From assembly GCA_963719495.1 (NCBI GenBank), contig CAVRCI010000004.1, positions 310,620 through 374,619 of the forward strand: a stretch of 64,000 nt of DNA, in the 5' to 3' direction. The translations under genes and the position numbers were made by a program. The notes beneath the pieces were generated by a model. That model was not told where the DNA came from, made no database searches, and was given only the letters and a program-made list of their open reading frames with translations. Numbering within the stretch: position 1 is the stretch's first letter; every line of letters begins with the position of its first letter. Below are positions 49,150 through 59,269 of the stretch, in pieces. Source of the DNA: an uncultured Verrucomicrobiae bacterium (GTDB taxonomy: Bacteria > Verrucomicrobiota > Verrucomicrobiia > Chthoniobacterales > JAATET01).

Positions 49150-50949
49150 TCAGCTTGTTTTGAGGACTTCGATGAAGGCTTCCTGGGGGATGTTGACGCT
49201 GCCGATGGACTTCATGCGCTTTTTGCCCTCTTTCTGCTTCTCGAGGAGCTTGCGCTTTCGTGTGATGTCGCCGCCGTAGCATTTGGCGGTGACGTTTTTG
49301 CGCATGGCGGTGACACTCTCGCGGGCGACGATTTTTCCGCCGATGGCGGCTTGGATCGCGACCTGGTAGAGTTGTTTCGGGATGACCTCTTTGAGTTTGG
49401 CGGCGATCATGCGGCCGCGGGATTCGGCTTTGTCGCGGTGGACGATGGAGCTGAAGGCGTCGACGGGCTCGGCGTTTACCAAGAGGTCGAGTTTGACGAG
49501 GTTGCCGACCCGGTAGCCGGCGGGCTCGTAATCCATGGAGCCGTAGCCTCGGGTCATGGTCTTAATTTTGTCGTTGAAATCGACGAGGATCTCGTTGAGC
49601 GGGATGATCGTGGTGATCATGATGCGCTTGGTGTCGATGGACTCGGTGTGCTCGACGGTGCCGCGTTTTTCCATCATGAGCTGCATCATGTCGCCGATGT
49701 TTTCGTTCGGGACCATGACGAAGCACTTGATGACGGGTTCGCGGATTTCCTCGACCACGGACATGTCGGGGAGGTTGGCGGGATTGTCGACTTCGAGGAC
49801 TTCGCCGTTGGATTTGACGATTTCGTAGATCACCGACGGGTAGGTCGAAATGATGTCCATGTCGTATTCGCGGCGGAGGCGCTCGACGATGATCTCCATG
49901 TGAAGGAGGCCGAGGAAACCGCAGCGAAACCCGAAGCCGAGGGCGACGGAACTTTCGGCTTGGAAGTGGAACGCCGCGTCGTTGAGCTGGAGCTTGCCCA
50001 TGGCGGCTTTGAGGTGCTCGAAGTCGGAGGTGTCGATCGGATAGATGCCGGAGAAGACCATCGGGTGGACCTCCTTGAAGCCCGGGAGCGGCTCGGTGGC
50101 GGGGCGTTTGGCGTCGGTGAGAGTGTCGCCGATCTTGATCTCGGCGGTGGTCTTGATGTTGGCGATGAAGTAGCCGACGTCGCCGGATTCGAGGCTGTCG
50201 GTGGCGAACATCTTGGGGGTGAAGACGCCGACCTCCTTGATTTCGTAGTTCCTGTTGTTGTGCATCAACTTGACCGGCGTGCCGGGTTGAAGTCGGCCGG
50301 AGAAGACGCGGACGTAGCCGACGGCACCGCGGTAGCCGTCGAAGACGCTGTCGAAGACGAGGGCGCGGAGGGTCTCGTCGCCGTGGTTGGGGCCGGGGAT
50401 GCGGGCGATGACGGCTTCGAGGATTTCTTCGATACCGATGCCAGCCTTGGCGGAAGCGGCGATGGCTTCGTCGCCGGGAATGGCGAGGATGTCTTCGAGC
50501 TGTTGTTTGACGTTGGGGAGGTCGGCGTTCGGCAGGTCGATCTTGTTGATGACCGGGATGATCGTGAGATTCTGCTTGGTCGCGAGGTGGACGTTGGCAA
50601 CGGTCTGCGCCTCGACGCCCTGGGCGGCGTCGACGATGAGGAGGGCACCTTCGCAGGCGGCGAGGGAGCGGGAGACCTCGTAGGAAAAATCGACGTGGCC
50701 GGGGGTGTCCATCAGGTTGAGCCGGTAGTCGATGCCGTCCTTGGCCCGGTATTTCATGGTCACCGGGTGGCTCTTGATGGTGATGCCGCGCTCGCGCTCG
50801 AGGTCCATCGAGTCGAGGAGTTGGTCCTGTTTGTCGCGGTCGGCGATGGTGCCGGTGCTCTCGAGGAGGCGGTCGGAGAGCGTGGTTTTGCCGTGATCGA
50901 TGTGGGCGATGATGCAGAAATTGCGGGTGCGGCTGCTGGCGTGGGACAT
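49150..50949 (-). CDS. lepA: Elongation factor 4
   Basis: RNFCIIAHIDHGKTTLSDR, DTPGHVDF, KCYGGDITRKRKLLEKQKEGKKRMK. Confidence 0.98.
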   Translation of the reverse strand: MSHASSRTRNFCIIAHIDHGKTTLSDRLLESTGTIADRDKQDQLLDSMDLERERGITIKSHPVTMKYRAKDGIDYRLNLMDTPGHVDFSYEVSRSLAACEGALLIVDAAQGVEAQTVANVHLATKQNLTIIPVINKIDLPNADLPNVKQQLEDILAIPGDEAIAASAKAGIGIEEILEAVIARIPGPNHGDETLRALVFDSVFDGYRGAVGYVRVFSGRLQPGTPVKLMHNNRNYEIKEVGVFTPKMFATDSLESGDVGYFIANIKTTAEIKIGDTLTDAKRPATEPLPGFKEVHPMVFSGIYPIDTSDFEHLKAAMGKLQLNDAAFHFQAESSVALGFGFRCGFLGLLHMEIIVERLRREYDMDIISTYPSVIYEIVKSNGEVLEVDNPANLPDMSVVEEIREPVIKCFVMVPNENIGDMMQLMMEKRGTVEHTESIDTKRIMITTIIPLNEILVDFNDKIKTMTRGYGSMDYEPAGYRVGNLVKLDLLVNAEPVDAFSSIVHRDKAESRGRMIAAKLKEVIPKQLYQVAIQAAIGGKIVARESVTAMRKNVTAKCYGGDITRKRKLLEKQKEGKKRMKSIGSVNIPQEAFIEVLKTS

Positions 50950-51100
50950 GGCGGACCGGGGACTATCGGGGGGAACGGGGGTGCGTTCAAGGAATTGCGG
51001 TGGGGGTGAATTTTCGACCGCAGAGAACGCGGAGAACGCAAAGATCGTGCGCTGGGATTGCTGGTCGACGGTCGGGGGTTGTGGGTTACGTTGGCGGACG

Positions 51101-52483
51101 ATGGTCGAGATGGTGATTTCTCCGGTGGACGCTTTGAAAGTGGCCAAGGATTTCTTTCGGACGGGGCGAACGCGCGAGGAGGGGTTTATTCGGGATCGGC
51201 TTGGGTCGTTGCTCGATGCCGTCGAGCGGCACGAGGAGCGGATTACCGAGGCGCTGCGGGCGGATCTGGGGAAGTCGGATTTCGAGACTTACACGACGGA
51301 GATTCTCGGGGTGAAGTTGGAGATCCGGCACGTTCTGCGGAAGCTGCGGCGTTGGCGGGCGAAGCGACGGGTGGGGACGCCTTGGTGGATGTGGCCGGCT
51401 CGGAGTTGGGTGCGGCCGGAACCGTTCGGGGCGGTTCTGGTGCTGTCGCCGTGGAATTTTCCGTTTCAGCTGAGTTTGATGCCGTTGGTTGGGGCGATTG
51501 CCGCTGGGAATACGGTGGTGATCAAGCCGTCGGAGGCCGCGCCGCGGTCGGCGGAAGCGTTGCGGGATTTGATCGACGACGCGCTGGAACCGGGGTTGGC
51601 GACGGTGGTGCTCGGGGATGGGGAGGTGGCGGCTGAGCTTTCGCGGTCGGCGTTCGACTTCATCTTTTTCACGGGCGGCGAGGCGGTCGGGCGAAAGGTG
51701 GCGGAGGCGGCGGGGCGGAATTTGGTGCCGTGCGTTTTGGAACTCGGCGGGAAGAATCCGTGCATCGTTCTGGCCGACGCGCCGCTCGAGAAGACGGCTC
51801 GGCGGATCGTTTGGGGGAAGCTGCTCAACGCGGGGCAGATCTGCCTGGCGCCGGATCACGCGTGGGTCGAGGAGTCGGTGGAGAAGCCGCTGATCGAGGC
51901 GATCAGCCGGGTGATCGAGGAGCTTTACGGGGAGAATCCGGCCCAGTCACCGGACTACGGGCGGATCGTGAGCGAGCGGCACGTGCGGCGGTTGGCCGCT
52001 TATTTGGACGGGGGAACGGTGATGCACGGTGGGGGATTTTCCGTGGAGGATCGGTATTTCGAGCCGACGATTTTGACCGATCTGAAGCCGGACGCGGCGA
52101 TCTCGCGGGAGGAGGTCTTTGGTCCGATTCTACCCGTCTATTCGTTTCGGTCGCTCGATGGGTTGCTGGATTCATTGCGTGAGCGGCCGATTCCGCTGGC
52201 GGCTTACGTGCACACGCGGGACCGTCGGTTGGCGGATCGGGTGATCCGGGAGACGCGGTCGGGGAGCTTCTGCGTGAATGACCACATCGTCCAGACGACG
52301 GTGCCGGGTCTGCCTTTCGGCGGGGCCGGTGAGAGCGGGATGGGGCGGTATCATGGCCGGTGGGGGTTCGAGGCGTTTTCGCAGATGCGGAGCGTGATGT
52401 GGCAGTGTTGGTTCGTTGACAGTCCGATGCGGTATCCGCCGGGGGCGGGGAAGATTTCTCTCATCAAGAAACTGATCGGGTGA
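51101..52483 (+). CDS. Aldehyde dehydrogenase (class 3-like)
   Basis: SPWNFP, KPSE, FFTGG, LELGGKNP, NAGQICLAPD, EEVFGP, PFGG.GESG.G. Confidence 0.95.
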   Translation: MVEMVISPVDALKVAKDFFRTGRTREEGFIRDRLGSLLDAVERHEERITEALRADLGKSDFETYTTEILGVKLEIRHVLRKLRRWRAKRRVGTPWWMWPARSWVRPEPFGAVLVLSPWNFPFQLSLMPLVGAIAAGNTVVIKPSEAAPRSAEALRDLIDDALEPGLATVVLGDGEVAAELSRSAFDFIFFTGGEAVGRKVAEAAGRNLVPCVLELGGKNPCIVLADAPLEKTARRIVWGKLLNAGQICLAPDHAWVEESVEKPLIEAISRVIEELYGENPAQSPDYGRIVSERHVRRLAAYLDGGTVMHGGGFSVEDRYFEPTILTDLKPDAAISREEVFGPILPVYSFRSLDGLLDSLRERPIPLAAYVHTRDRRLADRVIRETRSGSFCVNDHIVQTTVPGLPFGGAGESGMGRYHGRWGFEAFSQMRSVMWQCWFVDSPMRYPPGAGKISLIKKLIG

Positions 52484-52492
52484 GTCGATGAC

Positions 52493-54964
52493 TCAAGCGG
52501 TCGGCGGGGTGACCCGGGATCTGAAAGCCGCTTCGACTTCCGGGGCGATGGTTTGGAGGTGGAGGTCGCGTTGCGGGAACGGGATGCCGATGCTGGCGTC
52601 CGCGAGGGCGTCGGTGATGGCGACGGCGACGTCGCTCTTGATTTGGAGCCACTGGTCGTATTCGTCGGTCCACATGCGGACTTCGAAATTGAGCGAATCC
52701 GCGCCGAATTCGGTCATGAGCACCTGCGGCGCGGGATTTTTCGCCACCGATGGATGGGCGGCGGCGACGCGGGTGAGGAGTTCGATGACTTGCGGTGGCT
52801 TCGAGCCGTAGGCGACGCCGACCGGGAGCTCGATGCGGCGCTGGCGGTTGCTGAGCGTCCAGTTGGTGACCTGCTCGGAGATGAGGAGGCTGTTGGGCAC
52901 GATGAGCTCCGAGCTGTTGGCGACGCGGATGACGCTGGCGCGGATGCCGATCCGCTGGATCATCCCGGTGGCCTCCCCGACCTGCACGACATCGCCGACG
53001 TTCACCGGGCGCTCGAAGAGCAGAATGATGCCGGAGACGAAGTTGCTGATGATGTTCTGCAGGCCGAAGCCGATGCCGACGCCGAGCGCTCCGGCGAGGA
53101 CGGCGAACTTCGACATGTCCACGCCGAGCGCCGCGATCGCGAGGAAGAAGCCGATCATGAGGATGACGTAGTGAAGCAGCGTCGACGCCGCGTAGGAGGA
53201 ACCTGCGGCGAAACGGAAGCGTCGGTAGATGTCCTCTTCGAGCGCGAAGCGGATGAAGCGCGACACCATCGCTGCGATCCAGAGCGTGAGCGCGAAGGCG
53301 AGCACGGCCCCGAGTGACAGATGCAACGATTGGTAGCTCAGCTCCGCGGACAGGATCCTGGTGATGCGCTCGATCACCGGGACGCGCAGCGAGAATTCCT
53401 CAAGTGCGAGTAGGGCCCACGCGACGGCGGCGATCACGAAGAGAATGCGGGTGATCCGGCGGTGGAGGAGGGGTCGGTGCAGGCTGACGAGGCGAAACTC
53501 CGAGAATGGCCGGACGCGAAGCGCGAAGAACGTGAGTCCCGCCAAAATCACGGCGGCGGCGTAGAAGAGGACGGCCGTGTAGGCGGCGGAAAGCGTGCCG
53601 GCCGCGAGGTAATTGGCGAAGCGGAAATAGCCGAGCACGGTCGCGCCGAGGATCACCGCCATCAGAACGATGCCGAAGCGCGCCGCGCCGCGCACGATTC
53701 GGTGCGACGTCGGGCCGGACGAGGACAGAAGCGTGGAACGAATCAGCCAAACGAGAAAAATCATTCCGCCGACGACTTCGACGATGAGCAGGAGCCGCGA
53801 AAGCCCCGGCATCGCGACGAGCACCTTTCGGAGCTGCGCGATTACGGAAAAAACCACGAGTGCGTAGAGAACCGGTTGGAACACCCGGTTGACGAGCCGG
53901 CGCAGGATGCTGACGATCGGGACGAGGGCGGCGATCGCGAGGATGGCCCAGAAAAGTCGCGGCGCTCCGTCGAACAGGGGGCCGCAAGCGAACAGGCTGA
54001 TGACGGCCGCCGTGGCGAAGGGCGCTTGCAGAACCCGGTTGGCGCGTCGGAGCGCTGGATCCTGTTCGGTCCACTTCGCGGCACCGCGTTGGACCCAAAT
54101 GAGAATGCCGACGATGCCGCAGAAAATCAGAGCGAGGTAGATGAAATGGGACGCTCGGGGCGCGACGAATTCGCGGAGTTGGTCGACCTGGGAGGCGAAG
54201 AGCGCGGATTTGTCCTCGGTGAATTCCGGTTCGGAATCGGGCTGAAAAATCCTCGCATTCCAGATTGGCGGACTGTCCCGAACGAAAAGACTGCTGACCG
54301 CTTCGGTCTGCGCGGTGCGGATCAGCTGGAGAGCGTCGGCGACGCGTTTGCTCTGTTCGGCGACGCGGCTTTGCTCGCTGAGGATTTTCGCGCGTTGCGC
54401 TTGGAGTTCGGACTCGGTCTTTGTGATTGCCGCGAGGACTCCGTCGATCCGCTCGCGGATTTCGGGCGGCGTGTCGCCGGTTTGCGCCGCTTTCCGCGTC
54501 GCCGTCCAAGCGGCTTGCTGGTCGGGTAGGAGTGCGAGCCGGTCGTCGATGATGGCCGCCTGCGCGGTGAGGGTGCGGGTCCAGTCGGTTAACGTCGCCG
54601 CGGTTTTCTGCCAACGAACCTCGAGGTCGCGGAGGGTTTCGAGCGCCGTGCTTGGTCGGACTAGCTCGTTGGTCTGCGCGAGTCGGTCGTTGATCTCCGC
54701 GGTTAGGGCGGGGAGCTCCGTGGTTTCCTGGGAAGGAGTTTCCTCCGCGTCAGGTGCCGAGGCTGGGTTTTGGAAGCTGGCTTCCGCGATCTCCGCCTGC
54801 GCGACCACGTCGGCGATGGGGATCGCCAGCGGCTTGGGCGTGGGGGACGGCGAGACCGTTGCTTCCGCCTCGGGGGCCGGTTCGGCGTTGTTTTGGGCGA
54901 GTGCGGGTGCGGCCAAGTAGAGCAGGGCGGCTGCCGGGATGATCTGTCGGAAAAGTTTGGTCAC
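52493..54964 (-). CDS. Large MscS-family (MscK-like) mechanosensitive channel
   Basis: Signal peptide, coiled-coil periplasmic region, many TM helices, GALGVGIGFGLQNIISNFVSG, IPFPQRDLH. Confidence 0.93.
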   Translation of the reverse strand: MTKLFRQIIPAAALLYLAAPALAQNNAEPAPEAEATVSPSPTPKPLAIPIADVVAQAEIAEASFQNPASAPDAEETPSQETTELPALTAEINDRLAQTNELVRPSTALETLRDLEVRWQKTAATLTDWTRTLTAQAAIIDDRLALLPDQQAAWTATRKAAQTGDTPPEIRERIDGVLAAITKTESELQAQRAKILSEQSRVAEQSKRVADALQLIRTAQTEAVSSLFVRDSPPIWNARIFQPDSEPEFTEDKSALFASQVDQLREFVAPRASHFIYLALIFCGIVGILIWVQRGAAKWTEQDPALRRANRVLQAPFATAAVISLFACGPLFDGAPRLFWAILAIAALVPIVSILRRLVNRVFQPVLYALVVFSVIAQLRKVLVAMPGLSRLLLIVEVVGGMIFLVWLIRSTLLSSSGPTSHRIVRGAARFGIVLMAVILGATVLGYFRFANYLAAGTLSAAYTAVLFYAAAVILAGLTFFALRVRPFSEFRLVSLHRPLLHRRITRILFVIAAVAWALLALEEFSLRVPVIERITRILSAELSYQSLHLSLGAVLAFALTLWIAAMVSRFIRFALEEDIYRRFRFAAGSSYAASTLLHYVILMIGFFLAIAALGVDMSKFAVLAGALGVGIGFGLQNIISNFVSGIILLFERPVNVGDVVQVGEATGMIQRIGIRASVIRVANSSELIVPNSLLISEQVTNWTLSNRQRRIELPVGVAYGSKPPQVIELLTRVAAAHPSVAKNPAPQVLMTEFGADSLNFEVRMWTDEYDQWLQIKSDVAVAITDALADASIGIPFPQRDLHLQTIAPEVEAAFRSRVTPPTA

Positions 54965-55290
54965 GCGCTGACTTCTGGGGATGGGGATTTCTGCATCCGG
55001 CGACGGTAGCGCGAGATGGCGGGGGCTTCCAACCCGGGATCGATTACAGACTGATGTTTGGGGCCCGGGGATGATGCGATGCTTGATTGCGGGGGAGTGG
55101 GCGCTCCGCATGCGACGAGTTTTGGTTGAGCCGGGTGGGTCGGTCGCTCCGAGGGGGGTGAGAAATTAGCGATCCTTCGCTTCGCTCAGGATGACAGCGG
55201 GGGAAATGGGAGGTCGGGTGTCGCGGGCGGCGGGAGAATCGAAAAATCGGTTTTGGATTTCTCGACGGGTTGGGCGATAGTCGCCGGGAT

Positions 55291-56181
55291 ATGGCTCTTG
55301 CGAAGATCGACCCGTCGCTGCATTTGGCGAAGAAGCCGGACTGGATCAAGGTTCGGCTGCCCTCGAACCCCGTCTTTTTTTCGACGAAGGGGCTCATTTC
55401 CGACCTGAAACTCCACACCGTCTGCGAGTCGGCGCAGTGCCCGAACCGCTGGGAGTGTTGGAGCGCGGGGACGGCGACGTTCATGATCGCGGGGGAGCGC
55501 TGCACGCGGGCATGCGGGTTCTGCGCGGTCTCGACGATGAAGCCTCTGGAACTCGAGGAGGACGAGCCGACGCGGGTGGCGGAGGCGATTCGGCGGTTGA
55601 AACTCAAGCACGTCGTGATCACGGCGGTGGCGCGGGACGACATTGCCGACGGTGGGGCGAATCATTTTGCGCGGACGATCGAGGCGATCCGCGCGGTCGA
55701 TCCGGCGATCGTGATCGAGGTGCTGACTCCGGATTTCAACGGCAAGGATGCTTCCCTGCTGGCCGTGATCGCGGCGCGGCCCCACGTTTTCAATCACAAC
55801 TTGGAGACGGTCGAGCGGTTGACGCCGTTGGTGCGGTCGCGGGCGAAGTATTCGTTGTCGCTGGAGTTTCTTAAGCGGGCGAAGGAGCTGGGGCCGGAGA
55901 TGGTGACTAAAAGCGGGCTGATGCTGGGGCTGGGTGAAAAGGAGAACGAAATTTTCCAGGCGATGGACGATTTGCGGGAGGCGAACGTGCAGGTGCTGAC
56001 GATGGGGCAGTATTTGCGTCCGACGCCGGAGCACCTGCCGGTCGTGGAATACGTGCGACCGGAGACGTTCGATCTTTACCGCGAGATCGCGGAGAAGAAG
56101 GGGTTCGATTTTGTCGCTTCCGGGCCGCTGGTGCGGAGTTCGTATCACGCGGCGGATTTCGATCCGACGGCTGTCAAGTAG
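55291..56181 (+). CDS. lipA: Lipoyl synthase
   Basis: TVCESAQCPNRWEC, CTRACGFC, HNLETV, PLVRSSYHA. Confidence 0.98.
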   Translation: MALAKIDPSLHLAKKPDWIKVRLPSNPVFFSTKGLISDLKLHTVCESAQCPNRWECWSAGTATFMIAGERCTRACGFCAVSTMKPLELEEDEPTRVAEAIRRLKLKHVVITAVARDDIADGGANHFARTIEAIRAVDPAIVIEVLTPDFNGKDASLLAVIAARPHVFNHNLETVERLTPLVRSRAKYSLSLEFLKRAKELGPEMVTKSGLMLGLGEKENEIFQAMDDLREANVQVLTMGQYLRPTPEHLPVVEYVRPETFDLYREIAEKKGFDFVASGPLVRSSYHAADFDPTAVK

Positions 56182-57658
56182 CGGTTGGCGGTTCCCGGCG
56201 GGGAAGCGGCTTGGTCGACGAGCCGGGCAGGCTCATTTCCACCGCAAAGCCGGTGGGCTGGCGGTTCCAGCAGCGGACGGATCCTCCGCAGGTTTCAATG
56301 GCATTTTTGACGATGGCGAGGCCGAGGCCGACTCCGCCGGAGTCGCGGGTGCGGGACTCGTCGACGCGGTAGAAGGGATCGAAGAGTTTGTCGAGCGATG
56401 GCCCGGGCACGCCGGGGCCGGAGTCCTCGACGGTGATGGTGACCCAGTCGCCCGTCGTGGCACCGGTGATCGAGATGGGACCAGCCGTTCCCGCGTAGCG
56501 CACGGCGTTGCGGACGAGGTTGCCGGTCGCACGGCCGAGGAGGTCCGCGTCGGCGCGGGCGCTCAGCGAATCCGGCACCCGGATTTCGACGTCGGCCCCC
56601 GCGCCCTCCCGGCGGACCGCCGTCTTAATGACCGCTCGGACATCGACGTGGGTCAGCTTCGCGCGGTCGGCGTCGAGGGACGCCTTGGTGAACGAGAGGA
56701 GTTCGTTCACGAGCTTTGCCATGTCTTCGATCTCTTCCCGGAGGTCGTCCACGCGGTGCCGGTCGGCGCTGGCCACGCGTTGCTCGAGGATGCCGACCGC
56801 GACCTGCGCGCGCGCGATGGGGGCGCAGAGTTCGTGGGCGATGTCGCCGAGGAAGCGCCGCTGACCCGTCACGAACCCTTGCAATCGCGACGCCATCTCG
56901 CGGATCGAGCGCGCCAGAGACCCCAGTTCGTCGCGTCGGCGCAGCGCGCGCGAGAACGGGATGTTCAAGTCCTCCGGGGGCGGTGCGGCGCTTGCGTCCG
57001 CGATTGCGAAGTCGCCCCGGGCCACTTGGGCCGTGGCCGCCCGCATGGCGGAGACCGCGAGGGTGATCCGCCGGACGAACGGAAGCCACCACAGGATCGA
57101 GAAGCCGACCGCGACGCTGAGGCCGGCCACCCAGGGCCGGTAATCGACGAACAGGCCTCCGGCGCTCAAGGTTTCCGATCTCACGACCATCCAGCCGAGC
57201 GCGACGGGCCGCCGTTCTTCCCGCCGCGGCGGGGGAAGCCGTTTGGACAGCCAGAAGGATCCGTCCGCCTTCAGCACCGGCTCGTTCTCGCTCGGTTCGC
57301 GCGGTCGGCCCGACCCGCGTTGGGTCAATTTCCGAAGAATCGTCGGCGGAAGGACAATCGAGGGTCCGGCCAATGGCTTCCCTCTCGGATCGAAGAGCAG
57401 GAAGGTCACGCCGTAAGCTTCGTCGTAGCGATCGAGTACGGTATTCCATTCGGGCGGTGGGACGCGGCGAAGTTCGGAGACGAGGAGCCTGCCGACCGAA
57501 TCCAATTGGCCGCGAGCGGTCGCGGAAAACGTCGCACCCAAGTCGATGCCGAAGCCCGCGCGCAACACCAGCGCGAGGATGATCGCCAGCGCCACGGCGT
57601 TGAGAAACAGCCAGGCGAGGATTTTGCCGTAGAGCGGCCAGCCGGTGCGGGCGTTCAT
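56174..57658 (-). CDS. HAMP-domain sensor histidine kinase (CpxA-like)
   Basis: Two TM helices, DELG.LA, DIAHELCAP, NLVRNA, DSGPGV, GGVGLGL. Confidence 0.93.
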   Translation of the reverse strand: MNARTGWPLYGKILAWLFLNAVALAIILALVLRAGFGIDLGATFSATARGQLDSVGRLLVSELRRVPPPEWNTVLDRYDEAYGVTFLLFDPRGKPLAGPSIVLPPTILRKLTQRGSGRPREPSENEPVLKADGSFWLSKRLPPPRREERRPVALGWMVVRSETLSAGGLFVDYRPWVAGLSVAVGFSILWWLPFVRRITLAVSAMRAATAQVARGDFAIADASAAPPPEDLNIPFSRALRRRDELGSLARSIREMASRLQGFVTGQRRFLGDIAHELCAPIARAQVAVGILEQRVASADRHRVDDLREEIEDMAKLVNELLSFTKASLDADRAKLTHVDVRAVIKTAVRREGAGADVEIRVPDSLSARADADLLGRATGNLVRNAVRYAGTAGPISITGATTGDWVTITVEDSGPGVPGPSLDKLFDPFYRVDESRTRDSGGVGLGLAIVKNAIETCGGSVRCWNRQPTGFAVEMSLPGSSTKPLPRREPPTAT

Positions 57659-58365
57659 TCCGGCCTCCGCAGCAGGTAGCCGGCCGAGCGCACGGTCTGG
57701 ATGAAGCGGGGATCCCGGGGATCGTCTTTCAATTTTTTCCGGAGGGCCGAAACGTGGACGTCCACCGAGCGGTCGTAGACGTCGTAGTGCCGATCCCGAA
57801 TGTCCTCGATCAATTGCTCGCGAGATCGGACGCGACCGGGGGGATTGGCGAGCGCCGCCAGCAGGTCGAACTCGACGGGCGTGAGGTCCAGTGGCTCGCC
57901 GTCGAGCGTGACCTGGCGCGTATCCAAATTGATCACCAACTCCCCGACCGCGCGCACCCGGTGTTCCGAGTCGGCCTCGTCTGCTCGGCGGACCCCGCGG
58001 CGGGTGACCGCGCGGAGACGGGCGAGCAACTCGCGGGTCGAAAAGGTCTTCGGCAGATAATCGTCCGCGCCGATCTCGAGACCGACGATTCGGTCCGCTT
58101 CTTCGCCGCGACCCGTGAGCATGATGAGCGGGACGTCCGAGGTCGCGCGGATGCGCTTGAGCACCTCGAAGCCGTCGAGTCCCGGGAGCATGACGTCGAG
58201 GATCACCACGTCGAAGTTTCCGGTCGCCGCCGCCTCCGCCCCCGCCGGTCCATCGTGCATCGCCCGGACCGCGTAGCCCATCGGCCCGAGGTAATCTCCG
58301 ACCAGTCGACAGAGCTTGCGGTCGTCGTCGATCATGAGGAGGCGGGTCGGGTGATCGGTGGTCAT
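57655..58365 (-). CDS. OmpR-family response regulator (CpxR-like)
   Basis: IDDD, LDVMLP, GADDYLPK, LTPVEF, DRSVDVHV. Confidence 0.96.
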   Translation of the reverse strand: MTTDHPTRLLMIDDDRKLCRLVGDYLGPMGYAVRAMHDGPAGAEAAATGNFDVVILDVMLPGLDGFEVLKRIRATSDVPLIMLTGRGEEADRIVGLEIGADDYLPKTFSTRELLARLRAVTRRGVRRADEADSEHRVRAVGELVINLDTRQVTLDGEPLDLTPVEFDLLAALANPPGRVRSREQLIEDIRDRHYDVYDRSVDVHVSALRKKLKDDPRDPRFIQTVRSAGYLLRRPE

Positions 58366-58409
58366 CGTCGGGGGGAGTGAATCACGTCGCTGGAACGCGG
58401 ACGCGGGAT

Positions 58410-58425
58410 TTTACCAAAGCTTTAC
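58410..58425. promoter_or_regulatory. CpxR-like direct repeat (GTAAA-N6-GTAAA on the minus strand)
   Basis: TTTAC-CAAAGC-TTTAC, 11-bp period, in the divergent promoter region. Confidence 0.5.
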
Positions 58426-58516
58426 AATTTTGCCCCCGATTCCACACGGATTCTTAACGATGGCGGGGTCTAATCCCCTTGAAGCGCAACGCTTCGAACA
58501 ACCAAACACAAACACC

Positions 58517-58804
58517 ATGAAAATGAACCTCATCCTCGGCGCCGCCGCCATCACCCTCACCTTCACCGCGAGCGCAGCGTTCGCCAAACCCCCGGAGGGC
58601 GAAGGTCGTCCGGCCCGGAAAGCTCCGCCGCTCGTCGCCGCTCTCGACGCCGATCACGATGGCGTAATCTCCGCGGAGGAAATCGTCCGCGCTCCGGCGG
58701 CTCTCGCCAGCCTCGATGAGAATGGCGATGGCCAGCTCACGGTGGACGAAATTCGTCCGGAGGGCGGGCGTCCGGGCAAGCGGGATCGGAAGGCGCGGGA
58801 GTAG
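58517..58804 (+). CDS. Small secreted EF-hand protein
   Basis: Signal peptide ending AFA; DADHDGVISAEE and DENGDGQLTVDE. Confidence 0.9.
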   Translation: MKMNLILGAAAITLTFTASAAFAKPPEGEGRPARKAPPLVAALDADHDGVISAEEIVRAPAALASLDENGDGQLTVDEIRPEGGRPGKRDRKARE

Positions 58805-58881
58805 CTCGTGATTGGTGACTGGTGAATGGTGAGTGGTGGAATGCAATACCTCCATTGGCCGTTCACCTTTCACCCATTCGC

Positions 58882-59220
58882 TTAACCTGGGGGCCAGGTT
58901 AGTTTTCTTCCGGCCAGGAGGTGGACGTGGAGGTGGGGGACGGTTTCTCCTCCGTCGGGTCCGTTGTTGATGGTGATGCGGTAGCCGCTTTCCGCCACGC
59001 CTTCGGCTTTGGCGATTTTTGCGGCAGTTACCAAGAGGTGGCCGAGGAGGGATTCGTCGTTTTTGGTGGTTTCGGCTAAGCGGGGGATGGGCGTTTTTGG
59101 GATGATGAGGATGTGGGTGGGAGCTTGCGGGTTGACGTCTCGGAAGGCCAGGCAGCGGTCGTCTTCGTGGACGATGGTGGCGGCTCGTTTGCGGGCGATG
59201 ATTTCTTCGAAGAGGGTCAT
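58882..59220 (-). CDS. Histidine-triad nucleotide-binding protein (HinT-like)
   Basis: AFRDVNPQAPTHILIIPK, VPHLHVHLLAGR.L.WPPG. Confidence 0.95.
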   Translation of the reverse strand: MTLFEEIIARKRAATIVHEDDRCLAFRDVNPQAPTHILIIPKTPIPRLAETTKNDESLLGHLLVTAAKIAKAEGVAESGYRITINNGPDGGETVPHLHVHLLAGRKLTWPPG

Positions 59221-59269
59221 AAACAAGGGGCGTAAACCAATGACTAAAAACTAATAACCAACAACTCCG

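Noticed and set aside
44960..51009. Long antisense ORFs (44960-46603, 49033-51009 and many similar)
   Set aside because: They mirror purA, lepA and other genes, as expected from high GC and codon bias; no family motifs.
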